DNA of 64,000 nt from Candidatus Rokuibacteriota bacterium (GCA_003221515.1 QHSI01000015.1:4895-68894); one strand, 5' to 3'. Positions 41,061 to 51,493 are shown, numbered from the stretch's first letter. Numbers and translations are program-made. The notes: generated by a model from the letters alone, not told the origin.

Positions 41061-42044
41061 CTAGCTCACCAGGCTCTGCAGCTCGGGGATAACCCAGAGC
41101 GGCTTCCGGCCGGCGGCGACGCGCTGGATGTTGTCGAACGCGTTCCGGAACGCCTTGGACCAGTTCTCCCAGGTCGGCCCCGCCGAGTGCGGCGTGATCG
41201 TGATGTTCTCGAGCGCGAACAGCGGATGGTTCGCCGCCGGCGGCTCCTCCACCATGACGTCGAGGCCCGCCGCAGCGATCTGGCCGGAGGCGAGCGCGAT
41301 CTGCAGCGCCCGCTCGTCCACGACCGGACCGCGGCAGGTGTTGATCAGGATCGCGCTGCGCTTCATCGTCTCGAACTCGCGAGTGCTCATCATGTTGCGG
41401 GTCGCGTCGCTGAGGGGCACGTGCAGCGTGACAACGTCGGAGGTGCGCAGGAGCTCCGGGAACAGCGCGAAGCGGACCCCGAGGGCGTCTTCGGCGTCCT
41501 CGGTGAGCCGGACAACGTCGTAGTACTGCACGTGCATGTCGAAGGCCTGAGCGCGTCGCGCCACCTTCTTGCCGATGGTGCCGAGGCCGACGATGCCGAG
41601 CGTCTTCCCGGCCAGCTCGTAGACCCGCGTCTGGGCGAAGTCGCCGACCCGCCACTTGCCGGCGACGACGTTGTTGTGGTGCCACGCGAGCTTCTTGTAG
41701 ACGGCCAGGATCAGCATCAGCGTGTGTTCGGCCACTGCGACCGAGTTCGAGCCGCCGTTGTTGGCGACTGGCACGCGCGCCTGGCGCGCCGCCTCGATGT
41801 CGAGCCGGTCGTAGCCGGCGCTGATCAGCTGGATCAGCTTGAGCTTCGGCGCCCCACGGTAGAAGTCCGGCCCCATGCTCGAGCGGGTGAACCCGGTGAG
41901 GTACTCCGCGTCCTTGATGGCCGCGTCGAACTCGGGCGTGCCCTGATCGACGACCTGGAGGTCGAAATCTGCCGGCAGGAGCGAGCGGGCGATCTCGACG
42001 AGCGGCGCCGGAAGCTTCGGGGAGAGCACGACCTTGATCGCCAT
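41061..42044 (-). CDS. D-isomer 2-hydroxyacid dehydrogenase
   Basis: GLGTIG, INTCRG, LDV..EP, TPH. Confidence 0.93.
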   Translation of the reverse strand: MAIKVVLSPKLPAPLVEIARSLLPADFDLQVVDQGTPEFDAAIKDAEYLTGFTRSSMGPDFYRGAPKLKLIQLISAGYDRLDIEAARQARVPVANNGGSNSVAVAEHTLMLILAVYKKLAWHHNNVVAGKWRVGDFAQTRVYELAGKTLGIVGLGTIGKKVARRAQAFDMHVQYYDVVRLTEDAEDALGVRFALFPELLRTSDVVTLHVPLSDATRNMMSTREFETMKRSAILINTCRGPVVDERALQIALASGQIAAAGLDVMVEEPPAANHPLFALENITITPHSAGPTWENWSKAFRNAFDNIQRVAAGRKPLWVIPELQSLVS

Positions 42045-42057
42045 ACGTTGGTCTCCT

Positions 42058-42387
42058 TTACTTGAGCTTCTTCATGTCTTCGGGGAAGTTCGACGTGAAC
42101 GAGTACGACTTCACCGTGCCGTTGGTGTTGAAGCGCACGGTGAAGTCCTTGGAGATCGTGGTGGAGGCGCCGGACTGCGCGTAGAACCATCGCCACGTCA
42201 GGTCGCCGTTGTCGATTCCGGCCTGGTAGGGATCGCCGAACATCTGAGCCAACGCGGCCTTGTCGGTGATGTTGGCCTTGATCTGCGCCGCGTCGGGCGA
42301 GGGGAACTCCTTGCCGACCTTGAGGCCGCCGCAGGCGGAGGCGACGAGCACGAGGATCACCAGTCCGAGCAGCCACGCGCGGCTCAC
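42058..42387 (-). CDS. lipoprotein, SmpA/BamE-like
   Basis: Lipobox ASA-C, FGDP, WRWFY, VRFN. Confidence 0.7.
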   Translation of the reverse strand: MSRAWLLGLVILVLVASACGGLKVGKEFPSPDAAQIKANITDKAALAQMFGDPYQAGIDNGDLTWRWFYAQSGASTTISKDFTVRFNTNGTVKSYSFTSNFPEDMKKLK

Positions 42388-42400
42388 ATGCCCTCCGCTG

Positions 42401-42766
42401 TCACGCCAGCGCGACGACGCCCGCTTCCGCGAGGCGCTCGATCTCGGTCGCCGGGAGCCCGAGCTCGCCGAGGATTTCGGCGGTGTGCTGGCCGAGCAGC
42501 GGCGCTGCGCGTCGGATCGTCGCCGGCGTCGCCGAGGCTCTGACGCGAATGCTCGGCTTGCCGCGCTTGTTCCGGTTGATCGCCGCGAACGTGGCGCTCA
42601 TCCCGCTGCCACGCCACGCGCGCAGGTCGTCGCCGCGGCCGGGCCGCTCGACCTTCACGACGTCGGCGCCGAGGTCGGCCATCAGCGTGGCGCAGTACGG
42701 GCCCGCGATCACACGGGAGAGGTCGAGCACGCGGATGCCGTCGAGCATCGTCGGCGGCTCAGCCAC
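42401..42766 (-). pseudogene. CaiB/BaiF CoA-transferase with a large in-frame internal deletion
   Basis: [21 protein letters not shown] fused to the extreme C-terminus APLLGQHT; 121 aa versus about 400 typical. Confidence 0.85.
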
Positions 42767-43487
42767 GATCGAGGAAGCCCTCCGTCATCGCGTTGACCTC
42801 CGGGATGCCGGTGCGCGCGATCGCGTTGACCCGCGCCTTGACCTCGGCCAGCGCCTTGAATGGCTTGACGGCGAGGACGTCGGCGTAGGCGCGGACCTCC
42901 TTGGCGAGCGACGCGCTGGGGACCACGCGGTGCACCAGGCCCCACGTCTGGGCGTCGGCCGCCGAGTACCGGCGGCATTCCATGATGATCTCCTTGGCGC
43001 GCGCCGGACCCACGAGCCGCACGAAGCGCGTCGTGGACGCGATCCCGAGCGGCACGCCGAGATCTACTTCCGGAATCCAGAGCTGCGCCTCGGCCGCGGC
43101 CCAGCGGAAGTCGCACGCGAGCGTGAGGCCCCAGCCGCCGCCGACTGCGTGCCCGTTGATCATCGCGATCGTCGCCTGCTCGAGATTCTCCAGCAGGGTG
43201 TTGGCCCGCTCGAAGAGCCGCCGAAACTGGCTCTTGCGCTGGCCGAAGGCCGCGCGCCGCTCCGCCTCGGACATCGACGACTTGAGCCCCGCGTCGGCGC
43301 CGGACGAGAATACCGGCGGCGCCCCGGTCACGATGACGACGCGCGTGGCGGCGTCGTCGCGCAGCTCGACGAACGCGGCCGCGAGCTCGGAGAGCATCGG
43401 ATCGCTGAGGGAATTGCGCCGGTCGGGACGGTTCAGCGTGACGGTCGCAATCGAACCGTCACGCGCCAGCGTGACGTTTTCACCCAT
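42759..43487 (-). CDS. enoyl-CoA hydratase/isomerase
   Basis: [27 protein letters not shown]. Confidence 0.92.
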   Translation of the reverse strand: MGENVTLARDGSIATVTLNRPDRRNSLSDPMLSELAAAFVELRDDAATRVVIVTGAPPVFSSGADAGLKSSMSEAERRAAFGQRKSQFRRLFERANTLLENLEQATIAMINGHAVGGGWGLTLACDFRWAAAEAQLWIPEVDLGVPLGIASTTRFVRLVGPARAKEIIMECRRYSAADAQTWGLVHRVVPSASLAKEVRAYADVLAVKPFKALAEVKARVNAIARTGIPEVNAMTEGFLDRG

Positions 43488-43559
43488 GGGCGCGGACGGT
43501 ATCACAGGCCGCGCGCCGCGCGCAATTGGACGAGGCCGCGCGTCAGGCGCGGGCGACGG

Positions 43560-44789
43560 CTACGTGAACAGCCCGAGCGACGGCTGCGTGGAGGTGAAGC
43601 CTGGGAAGAGCGCCGCGGTCGGGGCGCCGAGGTGGCGCGCGGCGACCTCGGTGAACAGCGTGCGGAAATCCGTCGTCACGGCCAGGTCGCGGCCTTCGAA
43701 CAGCTGGTGGCGTCCGAGCCCTGGCCAGCGCCCGTAGACGCGTCCGCCGCGGACGGCGCCGCCCAGGACCAGCATCGCCGTGCCGTGGCCGTGGTCGGTG
43801 CCGCGGTTGCCGTTCTCGGCGACGGTGCGACCGAACTCCGACATCGTGAGCACGCAGACGTCAGCCATTCGATCGCCGAGGTCTCGCGAGAAGGCGGCCA
43901 GCGCCTGACCGAAGTCTCGCAGGCGGAAGGCGAGCTGCCCCCGCTCGGCGCCCTGGCCGACGTGGGTGTCCCAGCCCTGCATGTCGGCGAAGGCCACCTC
44001 GAGGCCGACGTTGGCCTTGATGAGCTGGGCGATCTGGCGCATCGCATCGCCGAACGGGCCACGCGGATAATCGGCGCCGTTGGCGGGCGCGAGGCGCGAG
44101 GCATTCGCGCTCCTCAACATCTTCACCGCCTCGAAGGTCTCCCGGCCCGTCCCGTGGAGCAGGTCGTGCACGCCCTGGTCGTAGAGCGACTCGAACCCGC
44201 GACCGGCGCTCGCGTCGCCGCCGCGCACGTCGAAGCGGTCGATCGACTGCATCGAGATCGCTCCGACGTCGCCTTGCAGCGTGCGCGGCAACACCGCACC
44301 CAGCGCGACCGCCCGGAACGGCGCCGACTTCGCGGGGAGCGTCCGAGCCACGCGCGCGAGCCACCCGTCGGGCGTGCTCTTCACCCCCGGCGTGCCCGAC
44401 TCCATGTAGTCCTGGGCGTCGAAATGCGAGCGCGTGGTGTCCGGCGAGCCGCACGCGTGCACGACGGCGAGCGAATGGTTCTCCCAGAGCGGTAGCAGCG
44501 GGGCCAGTGAGGGGTGGAACGCGAAGAAGCCGTCGAGGTCGACGGCGCGGTCGCTCTCGCCCGGGCGCGGCGACCGCAGCGCGATCGACGGGCGAGCGCC
44601 GGCGTAGCCCGCGTCGCCGTGCGGCATCACCATGCTGAGCCCGTCGACCGCGCCGCGCTGGAAGACCGCGACCAGCACCTTGCCACGGGCCTCCGCCGCG
44701 CGGGCCGTGCGCGTGAGGAAGCGCGGCGCGGCCGCGTAGGCTACCAGCGCGCATCCTCCGGCCTTCAGGAGCGTCCGTCGCGTGGGCAT
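43560..44789 (-). CDS. DUF1501 protein, Tat-exported
   Basis: RRTLLK Tat motif, RGAVDGL, RSHFDAQD, GWDTH, SEFGRT, GTDHG. Confidence 0.9.
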   Translation of the reverse strand: MPTRRTLLKAGGCALVAYAAAPRFLTRTARAAEARGKVLVAVFQRGAVDGLSMVMPHGDAGYAGARPSIALRSPRPGESDRAVDLDGFFAFHPSLAPLLPLWENHSLAVVHACGSPDTTRSHFDAQDYMESGTPGVKSTPDGWLARVARTLPAKSAPFRAVALGAVLPRTLQGDVGAISMQSIDRFDVRGGDASAGRGFESLYDQGVHDLLHGTGRETFEAVKMLRSANASRLAPANGADYPRGPFGDAMRQIAQLIKANVGLEVAFADMQGWDTHVGQGAERGQLAFRLRDFGQALAAFSRDLGDRMADVCVLTMSEFGRTVAENGNRGTDHGHGTAMLVLGGAVRGGRVYGRWPGLGRHQLFEGRDLAVTTDFRTLFTEVAARHLGAPTAALFPGFTSTQPSLGLFT

Positions 44790-44826
44790 CGCCGCGTTTC
44801 CTCTCTCTCCGCCGTCACCGGGCGCG

Positions 44827-46518
44827 TCAGCGCCGCTGGAACTCCGGCGAGCCGATCACCAGCGCGGCGAGCTTGGCCACGTCGGTGTTCGCCGGCCCGC
44901 GATCGTCCGCCGTCTGCCGCGTGATTTGGGGATCCGCGAGGTGCTTCGCCAGTACCGAGCGTGTTTCCGGGCTCGCCTGATTGGCGAGGATCGCCGCCAG
45001 GAGGCGATCGAGCACCACCGCCGGGACGCTCGTGTCGGCGCCAGCGACGAGCGCCGGCAGGTCGACGGTCACGCGCTGATACCGGCCCGAGACGAGTCCG
45101 AGCGCGAAGTTCATGCGGGCGAGCAGAGCGCCGGAGTTGACCCAGACCTCGGCTCGATCGCCGTACCCGGTGGGCGGCTGGGCTTCGTAGAGCGGCTCGC
45201 CGATCTCCGCGCTGGCGCGCGCGAGGGCCATGCCGCCCTGCGCGTCCGGGCGGCCGCCGAGCGCGCGGGTCGCGCTGGCGACGAACTCGAACGGCTTCTT
45301 GATCTTGGCCCGGTAGATGTCTTCGCCGAGGAACTCGCGCGACTCGAAGATCGTCCGGAGCATCGTGGGGATGTCGCCGCCCGTGCGTGAATAGGTCGCG
45401 GCGACGCGATCGACGAGCGCGGGTGGGGGCACGTCCGACACGAAGCGCCGCACGAGCTTGGTCGCGATGAACCGCGCCGTCGACGGGTGACGGGTCAGGA
45501 TCTCGATGACCCGCTCGCCGTCCTCGCGGCCGCCGCCCGCCGGGATGCGCCGGCCGAGGACCGTCTTCTCGCCGGTGTCGTGCATCGAGGCCCTGAACAC
45601 GAAGCGCCCCTCGGCCTGCGGCCGCTCGATCGTCCAGCCCGTGAAGGCGCGGGCGACCTCGGTCACGTCCTTCTGCGAGTAACCGCCGTCGACGCCGAGC
45701 GTGTGCAGCTCCATCAGCTCGCGGGCGTAGTTCTCGTTCAACCCGGCCTTCCGGCCGCGATTGGGACCGGCGGGAATGGTGAAATCGGGCCGCGCGCTCA
45801 GCCAGTTGTCGAGATAGAAGAGCATGGCCGGATGGTGGGCGGTCGCCCGCACGAGCTCGGGAAACTTGCCCAGCGCGTAGGGGCGGATCGCCTCCCGCTC
45901 GTACGCCGAGACGTACCAGCGGACGTCGCCTTTGTTGGCGAAGACGTTGAAGTGGTTGAACCAGAAGTCGACCATGACTTCCTGGAGCTGGCGCTCGCTC
46001 GTCACGGCGCGGACCATCTTGGCCGCCTGCAGCTCGGCCGTGATCCGGGCGGGTCGCTTCTCCATCGGATAGCGCTCTTGCATCTCCTGGCGCGACATCT
46101 CCCCGCTCGCGAGCTTCGCCCGCAGCTGAGGGTCGGGGCGCGGATAGGCGTGCAGGAGCTCGGTCGTCGTCATGCGGAGCGTGGCGAGCTCGGCGAGCGC
46201 GGCCTCGGTCGCCGAGTCGTCGATCTTCTCGGGGTGCAGCTGGCGCTCGAGCCAGACGTCGAGACCGAGGGCGCGCACGCGCTCGACCTCGCCGGGGCGT
46301 GGGCCGTAGGTGAGCCGGCTCAGCGCGTGGAGCACCTCGCGGTCACCGGCGGCGCGCAGCTCCGACCGAGCCGTCGTGGCTTGCGAAGCCGAGGTGGGCG
46401 CCGCGGCCCCCGGTACCGGCGCCGGCGCGGGCGCGTTGCCGCGGTCGGCGACACGCGAGGCGGGCGCGCTGCACCCGACGAGGAAAACCGCGGCCAGGAC
46501 CGACGCCGTCCATCTCAT
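44827..46518 (-). CDS. DUF1800 lipoprotein
   Basis: Lipobox LVG-C, FWFNHF, YLDN, NENYARELMELHTLG, SPEFQRR. Confidence 0.9.
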   Translation of the reverse strand: MRWTASVLAAVFLVGCSAPASRVADRGNAPAPAPVPGAAAPTSASQATTARSELRAAGDREVLHALSRLTYGPRPGEVERVRALGLDVWLERQLHPEKIDDSATEAALAELATLRMTTTELLHAYPRPDPQLRAKLASGEMSRQEMQERYPMEKRPARITAELQAAKMVRAVTSERQLQEVMVDFWFNHFNVFANKGDVRWYVSAYEREAIRPYALGKFPELVRATAHHPAMLFYLDNWLSARPDFTIPAGPNRGRKAGLNENYARELMELHTLGVDGGYSQKDVTEVARAFTGWTIERPQAEGRFVFRASMHDTGEKTVLGRRIPAGGGREDGERVIEILTRHPSTARFIATKLVRRFVSDVPPPALVDRVAATYSRTGGDIPTMLRTIFESREFLGEDIYRAKIKKPFEFVASATRALGGRPDAQGGMALARASAEIGEPLYEAQPPTGYGDRAEVWVNSGALLARMNFALGLVSGRYQRVTVDLPALVAGADTSVPAVVLDRLLAAILANQASPETRSVLAKHLADPQITRQTADDRGPANTDVAKLAALVIGSPEFQRR

Positions 46519-47144
46519 CTGAGCGCTCCTGGCGGCGTGGTGCCGGCCGGCGGGGGCTGGACGCTGCGGTGCTGCCGTTGCTCGCGCAATCGCTCCCGCT
46601 CGTCGGGAGGCATCTGGCGCCAGCGCTCGCGGATCCGCTCTCGCTCCTCGGGGCTCATCTGACGCCAGCGTTCCTGATTGCGCTGCACGCGGTCGCGCTC
46701 CTCGGGCGACAGCGACTCCCATTGCTGATAGCGCTGGATGATCCGATCGCGCCGTTCGGGCGTCAGCTGCTGGAAACGCTCGTACTCCTTCTGGAGGCTC
46801 TGCCGCCGTTCTTCCGGCAGCTCGTTCCAGCGCTGGAAATCCTGGAGGACTCGGGCCCGCCCCTCCGGCGAGAGCTTGTGGAGGCGCTGATAGTTCTCGC
46901 GCGCCGCCTCCCGCTCCTCCGGCGTCATCGACTTCCAGCGGCGGTAGTTCTCGAGCGCGCGCGCCCGCTGCTCCGGCGTGAGCTTCTGCCAGCGCTCCAG
47001 GTTTCGCTCGGCGAGAGCCCGCTCCTCCGGGGTGAGCTTGTCCAGTCCCGGAACCGGCGCCGTCTGTCCCCATGCGCCCGCGAGCACGCCGAGCACGAGC
47101 AGCGGGCTCAGCAAGAGCGATCGCCGCGCGACGCGCCAACTCAT
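46515..47144 (-). CDS. DUF3106-like repeat helical protein
   Basis: Signal peptide; repeated RW..L(T/S)PE(E/Q)R units. Confidence 0.82.
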   Translation of the reverse strand: MSWRVARRSLLLSPLLVLGVLAGAWGQTAPVPGLDKLTPEERALAERNLERWQKLTPEQRARALENYRRWKSMTPEEREAARENYQRLHKLSPEGRARVLQDFQRWNELPEERRQSLQKEYERFQQLTPERRDRIIQRYQQWESLSPEERDRVQRNQERWRQMSPEERERIRERWRQMPPDERERLREQRQHRSVQPPPAGTTPPGALR

Positions 47145-47422
47145 CGCTCCTTCGCCTCCTTGGGCACGGCGGGCGTCCGCGGCTCCATCGTGGACAGACG
47201 CTCGAGCAAGCGCATCCGCTCGAGAATTCGCAGGCGCGCCAGCAGGCCGGAGTCGCGGGCGAGATCGACGTCCTTGAGGAGGTCCAGGTCGAGCAACATC
47301 TGCGCGTCGGGTTGGGCCGCGTCGTCGCCGGCGGCGCCCGGACGCGCGGCGACGAGCCCCGCTCCCAACAGGCCGAGCACCAGCCACACGGGTGCGAGGC
47401 GACGAGGCGTGCGGAGCGTCAT
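47141..47422 (-). CDS. small exported hypothetical protein
   Basis: MTLRTPRR signal peptide, LLDLDLLKD; overlapping start and stop codons. Confidence 0.65.
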   Translation of the reverse strand: MTLRTPRRLAPVWLVLGLLGAGLVAARPGAAGDDAAQPDAQMLLDLDLLKDVDLARDSGLLARLRILERMRLLERLSTMEPRTPAVPKEAKER

Positions 47423-47910
47423 CAGCCCGGACGCCCCGCGGCGAGGCCGTCGAGGTCGCTCATGAAGTCGAGATCTTCCTCGAGGAGATCGAGGCGCTCG
47501 ACCACCTGGTACTGCTCCAGGAGCCCGAGGTTGCGGCCGATGGCCGCTTCCTCGAAGGCTACGGGGTCGCCGGCCGTCGGGACCTGACGTCCCACGCCCC
47601 ACACCGCGACGAAGAGCAGGACGCCGGCGAGGCTCGTCGCCAGGGCCAGCGGCACGGGTTGCCACCACCACGCGCGCCGCCCACGGCGCGCCTCGAGCTT
47701 CTCCCGCAGCTCGGCGCGATAGCGCGCCCAATTCACCGCCGGCGGTTCGGCGATGGAGCGCGAGAGCTCGCCGAGCAGCTCACGGAGCTGATCGGTGTCC
47801 TGCCGGCAATCCGGGCACTCGTCGAGGTGGCGCGCGACGCGCTCGCGCTCGGCGGGTGGAAGCTCGCCGCGTAGATACGGAACGAGATCGGTCTCGGGAT
47901 GCTTCGCCAC
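47422..47910 (-). CDS. zinc-finger (zf-HC2/ZAS) anti-sigma factor
   Basis: HLDECPDC (HxxxCxxC), one TM. Confidence 0.9.
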   Translation of the reverse strand: MAKHPETDLVPYLRGELPPAERERVARHLDECPDCRQDTDQLRELLGELSRSIAEPPAVNWARYRAELREKLEARRGRRAWWWQPVPLALATSLAGVLLFVAVWGVGRQVPTAGDPVAFEEAAIGRNLGLLEQYQVVERLDLLEEDLDFMSDLDGLAAGRPG

Positions 47911-47911
47911 G

Positions 47912-48484
47912 TCAGCGCTTCTCCATGTTCTTCATCGTCTTCTTGAGCGCGTTCATCGCGCGGTGCAGGTGCACGCGCACGGTCGCCTCCGAGCACTTGA
48001 GCACCTCGGCGATCTCGTACGTCGCCAGCTCCTCCTGGACCTGGAGCACGACCGCCGCCCTCTGCCGGGGCGCCAGCCGGTCGACCGCCGCCCACAGGTC
48101 CTTCATCGTCTGCTCCCGGCCGAGCTCGTCGACCGGATCGGTGACGGGCGCCGGCTGCCGTTCGAGGAACGACTCACCCTGGTCGTCGGCGGCGTCGCCT
48201 GCCCACGGCTTCCACCACCGTCGCTTCCGCTTGTGATCCAGGCACAGGTTGACCACGATCCGGTAGAACCAGGTCGAGAATTTCGATCGGCCGCCGAAGC
48301 TGCCGGCGCTCTCATGGAGACGGATGAAGGCCTCCTGCGAGAGGTCACGCGCATCCTCCGGGTCGCGCACGATGGACCAGGCGAGACGATAGGCCCGCCC
48401 CTGGTAGCGCTCGACGAGCAGCTCGAACGCCGCCACGTCTCGCTTGGCCACTCGCTGGCAGAGCGCCTCGTCGGATGGCTCCAC
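47912..48484 (-). CDS. ECF RNA polymerase sigma factor
   Basis: DARDLSQEAF, FSTWFYRIVVN, EIAEVLKCSEATVRVHLHRA. Confidence 0.94.
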   Translation of the reverse strand: MEPSDEALCQRVAKRDVAAFELLVERYQGRAYRLAWSIVRDPEDARDLSQEAFIRLHESAGSFGGRSKFSTWFYRIVVNLCLDHKRKRRWWKPWAGDAADDQGESFLERQPAPVTDPVDELGREQTMKDLWAAVDRLAPRQRAAVVLQVQEELATYEIAEVLKCSEATVRVHLHRAMNALKKTMKNMEKR

Positions 48485-48573
48485 TCGCCTGGGTCCCCTC
48501 GTCCATCACCTTGTCACTCCTCACTCCTGGCCCGCAAGGTTCCAGGGCGGTCCGGCCTCTGGATCCTACGGGG

Positions 48574-48604
48574 TTCGACGCCCCCGAGGAGAGGGACGTT
48601 TACA
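48574..48604 (-). promoter_or_regulatory. putative ECF autoregulatory promoter
   Basis: TGTAAAC-17-CGTCGAA upstream of the ECF gene, matching the general AAC..CGT ECF pattern. Confidence 0.5.
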
Positions 48605-48673
48605 GCCAGGAGAGGGGAAAGGCCTTCGGGGAACGGCATTTGCGGAAGGTCCCCGCGCCGGCACCGCCGGTCG

Positions 48674-49381
48674 TCAGATCGCGAGCAGGGTGCCGGTGAT
48701 GTAGCGGGACTCGGGGCGCGCCAGCGTGGCGATCGCGTCGGCGACGGCCGCGACCGGCACCCAGCCCTTGCGGTCGCTGTCCGGCATCGCCGCGCGGTTC
48801 GCCGGGGTGTCCAGGGTGCTCGGGAGCACGGCGTTCACCGTCACGCCATGCTCCCCGGCCTCCTGGGCGAGCGCCTGCGTGAACGCGATCGCGCCGGCCT
48901 TGGCGACGGTATAGGCGATGAACCCGGCGGCGGGTGGCACCACCGCCCGCGACGCGATGACAACGATGCGCCCGTACCGCGCCCGGACCATGTGCGGCAA
49001 CACCGCCTTCGCCGCGCTAAACGCGCTGTTCAGATTCAGGTCGAGCATGCGGTTCCAGGTCTCGCGGTCGGTCTCGAGCAGCGAGCCCCCGGCGAAGCCA
49101 CCCACGCCCGCCACGAGGACGTCGATCGTGCCGCGGGCGCCGCTCAGGCTTCGGGCGAAGGCGGTCATCGAATCGAGGTCGGTCACGTCGACCGGCTCCA
49201 GGAGGAGGCGCGATCGGTCGGTGGCGGCGACCCGCTCGTGGAGGCGGGCGCGCTCGGCCTCGACGGCGTACGGCACCGCGACGACGGCGCCGTCGGCCAG
49301 GAGACGCAGCGTCACGGCCTGGCCGAGCGCGCCGGTGCCGCCGGTGACGACCGCCACCCGCCCGTCGAGGGGCCGGGTCAC
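48674..49381 (-). CDS. short-chain dehydrogenase/reductase
   Basis: TGGTGALG, YTVAK. Confidence 0.9.
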   Translation of the reverse strand: MTRPLDGRVAVVTGGTGALGQAVTLRLLADGAVVAVPYAVEAERARLHERVAATDRSRLLLEPVDVTDLDSMTAFARSLSGARGTIDVLVAGVGGFAGGSLLETDRETWNRMLDLNLNSAFSAAKAVLPHMVRARYGRIVVIASRAVVPPAAGFIAYTVAKAGAIAFTQALAQEAGEHGVTVNAVLPSTLDTPANRAAMPDSDRKGWVPVAAVADAIATLARPESRYITGTLLAI

Positions 49382-50265
49382 TCTGGGGACCCGTGCATGA
49401 TCGACGACCGCTGGATTTCGTCGTAGCGGACCTTGGCCACGTCGAACTCCTCGAGGCTCTCCCGCAGCTTCTTGAAGGTCTGCTCGAACGACGGGAGCGT
49501 CTTGCGCGCGCGGGTGAGCGGCGTGGTGCGCGCTAGCACGTAGTTCTTCACGTACGGATGACTGATCCCGCGCTTCTTGATCTTCGCCACGACGACGCCG
49601 AGCGCCGCGTCGGCCGCGCGAACCAGGTCGGCGCGCTCGACCCGCGCCGGCAGGCCCTTGGCGAGCGACTGCTTGAGGAACTTGTCGACCCGCCGGAGGA
49701 TCGGGGCGAACGCGCCGCCGGCGAATCGCTTGTTCTCCTCGTAGAGGAGCCCCAGCGTGATGAAGTGCGCGGACTCGAACTGGAACGTCCACTTCTCCTC
49801 GGTGGTCTCCCCCTCTTCCTCGGCGAGGGCGCGGTACATGCGGATGACCTCGAGCGCCTTCTCCTTGAGGTTGTGCGCCTTCTCGACGTTGAGCGGGAGG
49901 ACCTCGAAAACCATCTCGGGCTCCACGACGACAATGGCCGGAACGAAGTCCGCTTTCAGCTTGTCGAGGACGGCGCGCCGGTGGTTGCCGTTGGGCGTCC
50001 AGTAGACTCCGGGGCGCGGCGAGATGATCACGATCGGATCGACGAACCGATCGAGGCGCTTGATCGACTCGGTGAGGCGCTTGACGTGGGTCGGCGAGAG
50101 GTCGCGCTGGTACGGGCTGGCCTCGCACTTGGCCCGGGGCAGGAGGCAGAAGATCTGCCAGTGCTCGCCGACGGGCTCCTGGTAGAGCGCCAGGATCCGA
50201 CCGCCGTCTCGCTCGATCTGCGCCGCAAGCTCTCGCGCCGCGCGGGAAGGTTCGTTGTCAGCCAT
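49378..50265 (-). CDS. ParB/Srx N-terminal-domain protein
   Basis: YQRDLS, FVDPI, TPNGNHR, LNVEK. Confidence 0.8.
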   Translation of the reverse strand: MADNEPSRAARELAAQIERDGGRILALYQEPVGEHWQIFCLLPRAKCEASPYQRDLSPTHVKRLTESIKRLDRFVDPIVIISPRPGVYWTPNGNHRRAVLDKLKADFVPAIVVVEPEMVFEVLPLNVEKAHNLKEKALEVIRMYRALAEEEGETTEEKWTFQFESAHFITLGLLYEENKRFAGGAFAPILRRVDKFLKQSLAKGLPARVERADLVRAADAALGVVVAKIKKRGISHPYVKNYVLARTTPLTRARKTLPSFEQTFKKLRESLEEFDVAKVRYDEIQRSSIMHGSPE

Positions 50266-50851
50266 TGGTTTTCCTCAAGAGAACCATCCATTCCTGACCT
50301 TGCCGCGGTCGCACCGACCGCGGCTGAAACGCGCGCTCGACGCGGAAGCGCGCCGCGAAAAGCCGGCGCACCTCGCGTTCGGAGACCGGGAAGGGCGGAC
50401 CGGCGGCGCGACGCCGCATCGGAAAGAAGCACGCGAGGAGCCATCCCCCCGGCCTGAGGATCGCCGCCATCGTCCGCACGTATTCGGCGCGGCGGCGCGG
50501 CTCGATGGCGCAGAAGCACGTGTACTCCCAGACGCCGTCGAACGCGTGGCCGAAGTCGCGATCGAGCGTGAAGATGTCCTGCTGGACGAATTCGGCCGGG
50601 ACGCGCTCGTTCTTCGCGAGCGACCGCGCCTGAGCGACCGCCGTGGGCGAGAAGTCGAAGCCGACCGCGGCGTAGCCGTGCGCTTCGAGGTACCGGACGT
50701 CGTGGCCGCGGCCGCAACCCGGGACCGCGACCCGGCCCCGCGGCGGCGGCGTGTGCTCGACGAAGTCGACGAGCGGCGGCGCGGGCTGGCGCAGCTCCCA
50801 CCCGTCGCCGCCGCGCGTGTAGAGGTCGGTCCAGAACTCGGCGGCGCTCAC
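50258..50851 (-). CDS. SAM-dependent methyltransferase (TPMT / thiol-halide type)
   Basis: VPGCGRGHD, EYTCFCAI, GPPF. Confidence 0.88.
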   Translation of the reverse strand: MSAAEFWTDLYTRGGDGWELRQPAPPLVDFVEHTPPPRGRVAVPGCGRGHDVRYLEAHGYAAVGFDFSPTAVAQARSLAKNERVPAEFVQQDIFTLDRDFGHAFDGVWEYTCFCAIEPRRRAEYVRTMAAILRPGGWLLACFFPMRRRAAGPPFPVSEREVRRLFAARFRVERAFQPRSVRPRQGQEWMVLLRKTNG

Positions 50852-51492
50852 GCTGGCCACGTGACCCCTTCGAAATCCGCCACCACGCGCTCGACGCCGG
50901 CCGCGCGGAGCTCGGTCTCGCTGTGGGCGGTGGTCACGCCGATGACCCGCATGCCGGCCCGCCGGGCCGCCTGCACGCCCACGATCGCGTCTTCGAACAC
51001 CAGGCAGTCCGACGGCTCGATGCGGATGGCGCGCGCCGCCAGCAGGTACACCTCGGGATCCGGCTTGCCCCGGCGCACGTCCTCGGCGGTGGCCACCGCC
51101 GCGAATCGCTCGAGCAGCCCGAGCCGATTCAGCAGCAGATCGGTGTCGACGCGCGTGGCCGAGGTGGCGACGGCACACGGCACGCTCTGAGCCGCGAGCT
51201 CGTCGAGGAACGCGGAGACGCCGCGAACCGCTGGCAGCCCGTGGCGCGAGAGCCGGCGATAGTGCTCGAGCTTGCGATCGGCGAGGCGGTGCGCCTCGGC
51301 GATGTCCACGACGCGGCCGAGGAGCAGCGGGACCGCCTCGGTGCTCGGCCGGCCGATGGTCAACCGCCAGTACTCCGGCTGCGCGGGCGTCACACCGAGC
51401 TCGTCCAGCAGCGCGCGCCACGCGCCGCGGTGATGGGCGTTGGAGTCCACGAGCACGCCGTCCATGTCGAAGATGACGGCGCGCGTCCCCAA
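50848..51492 (-). CDS. HAD-superfamily phosphatase
   Basis: FDMDGVLVDS, GKPDP, FEDA. Confidence 0.92.
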   Translation of the reverse strand: MGTRAVIFDMDGVLVDSNAHHRGAWRALLDELGVTPAQPEYWRLTIGRPSTEAVPLLLGRVVDIAEAHRLADRKLEHYRRLSRHGLPAVRGVSAFLDELAAQSVPCAVATSATRVDTDLLLNRLGLLERFAAVATAEDVRRGKPDPEVYLLAARAIRIEPSDCLVFEDAIVGVQAARRAGMRVIGVTTAHSETELRAAGVERVVADFEGVTWPA

Positions 51493-51493
51493 G

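Noticed and set aside
46560-47050. DNA tandem repeat array
   Set aside because: It reflects the protein-level helical repeats of the DUF3106-like gene.
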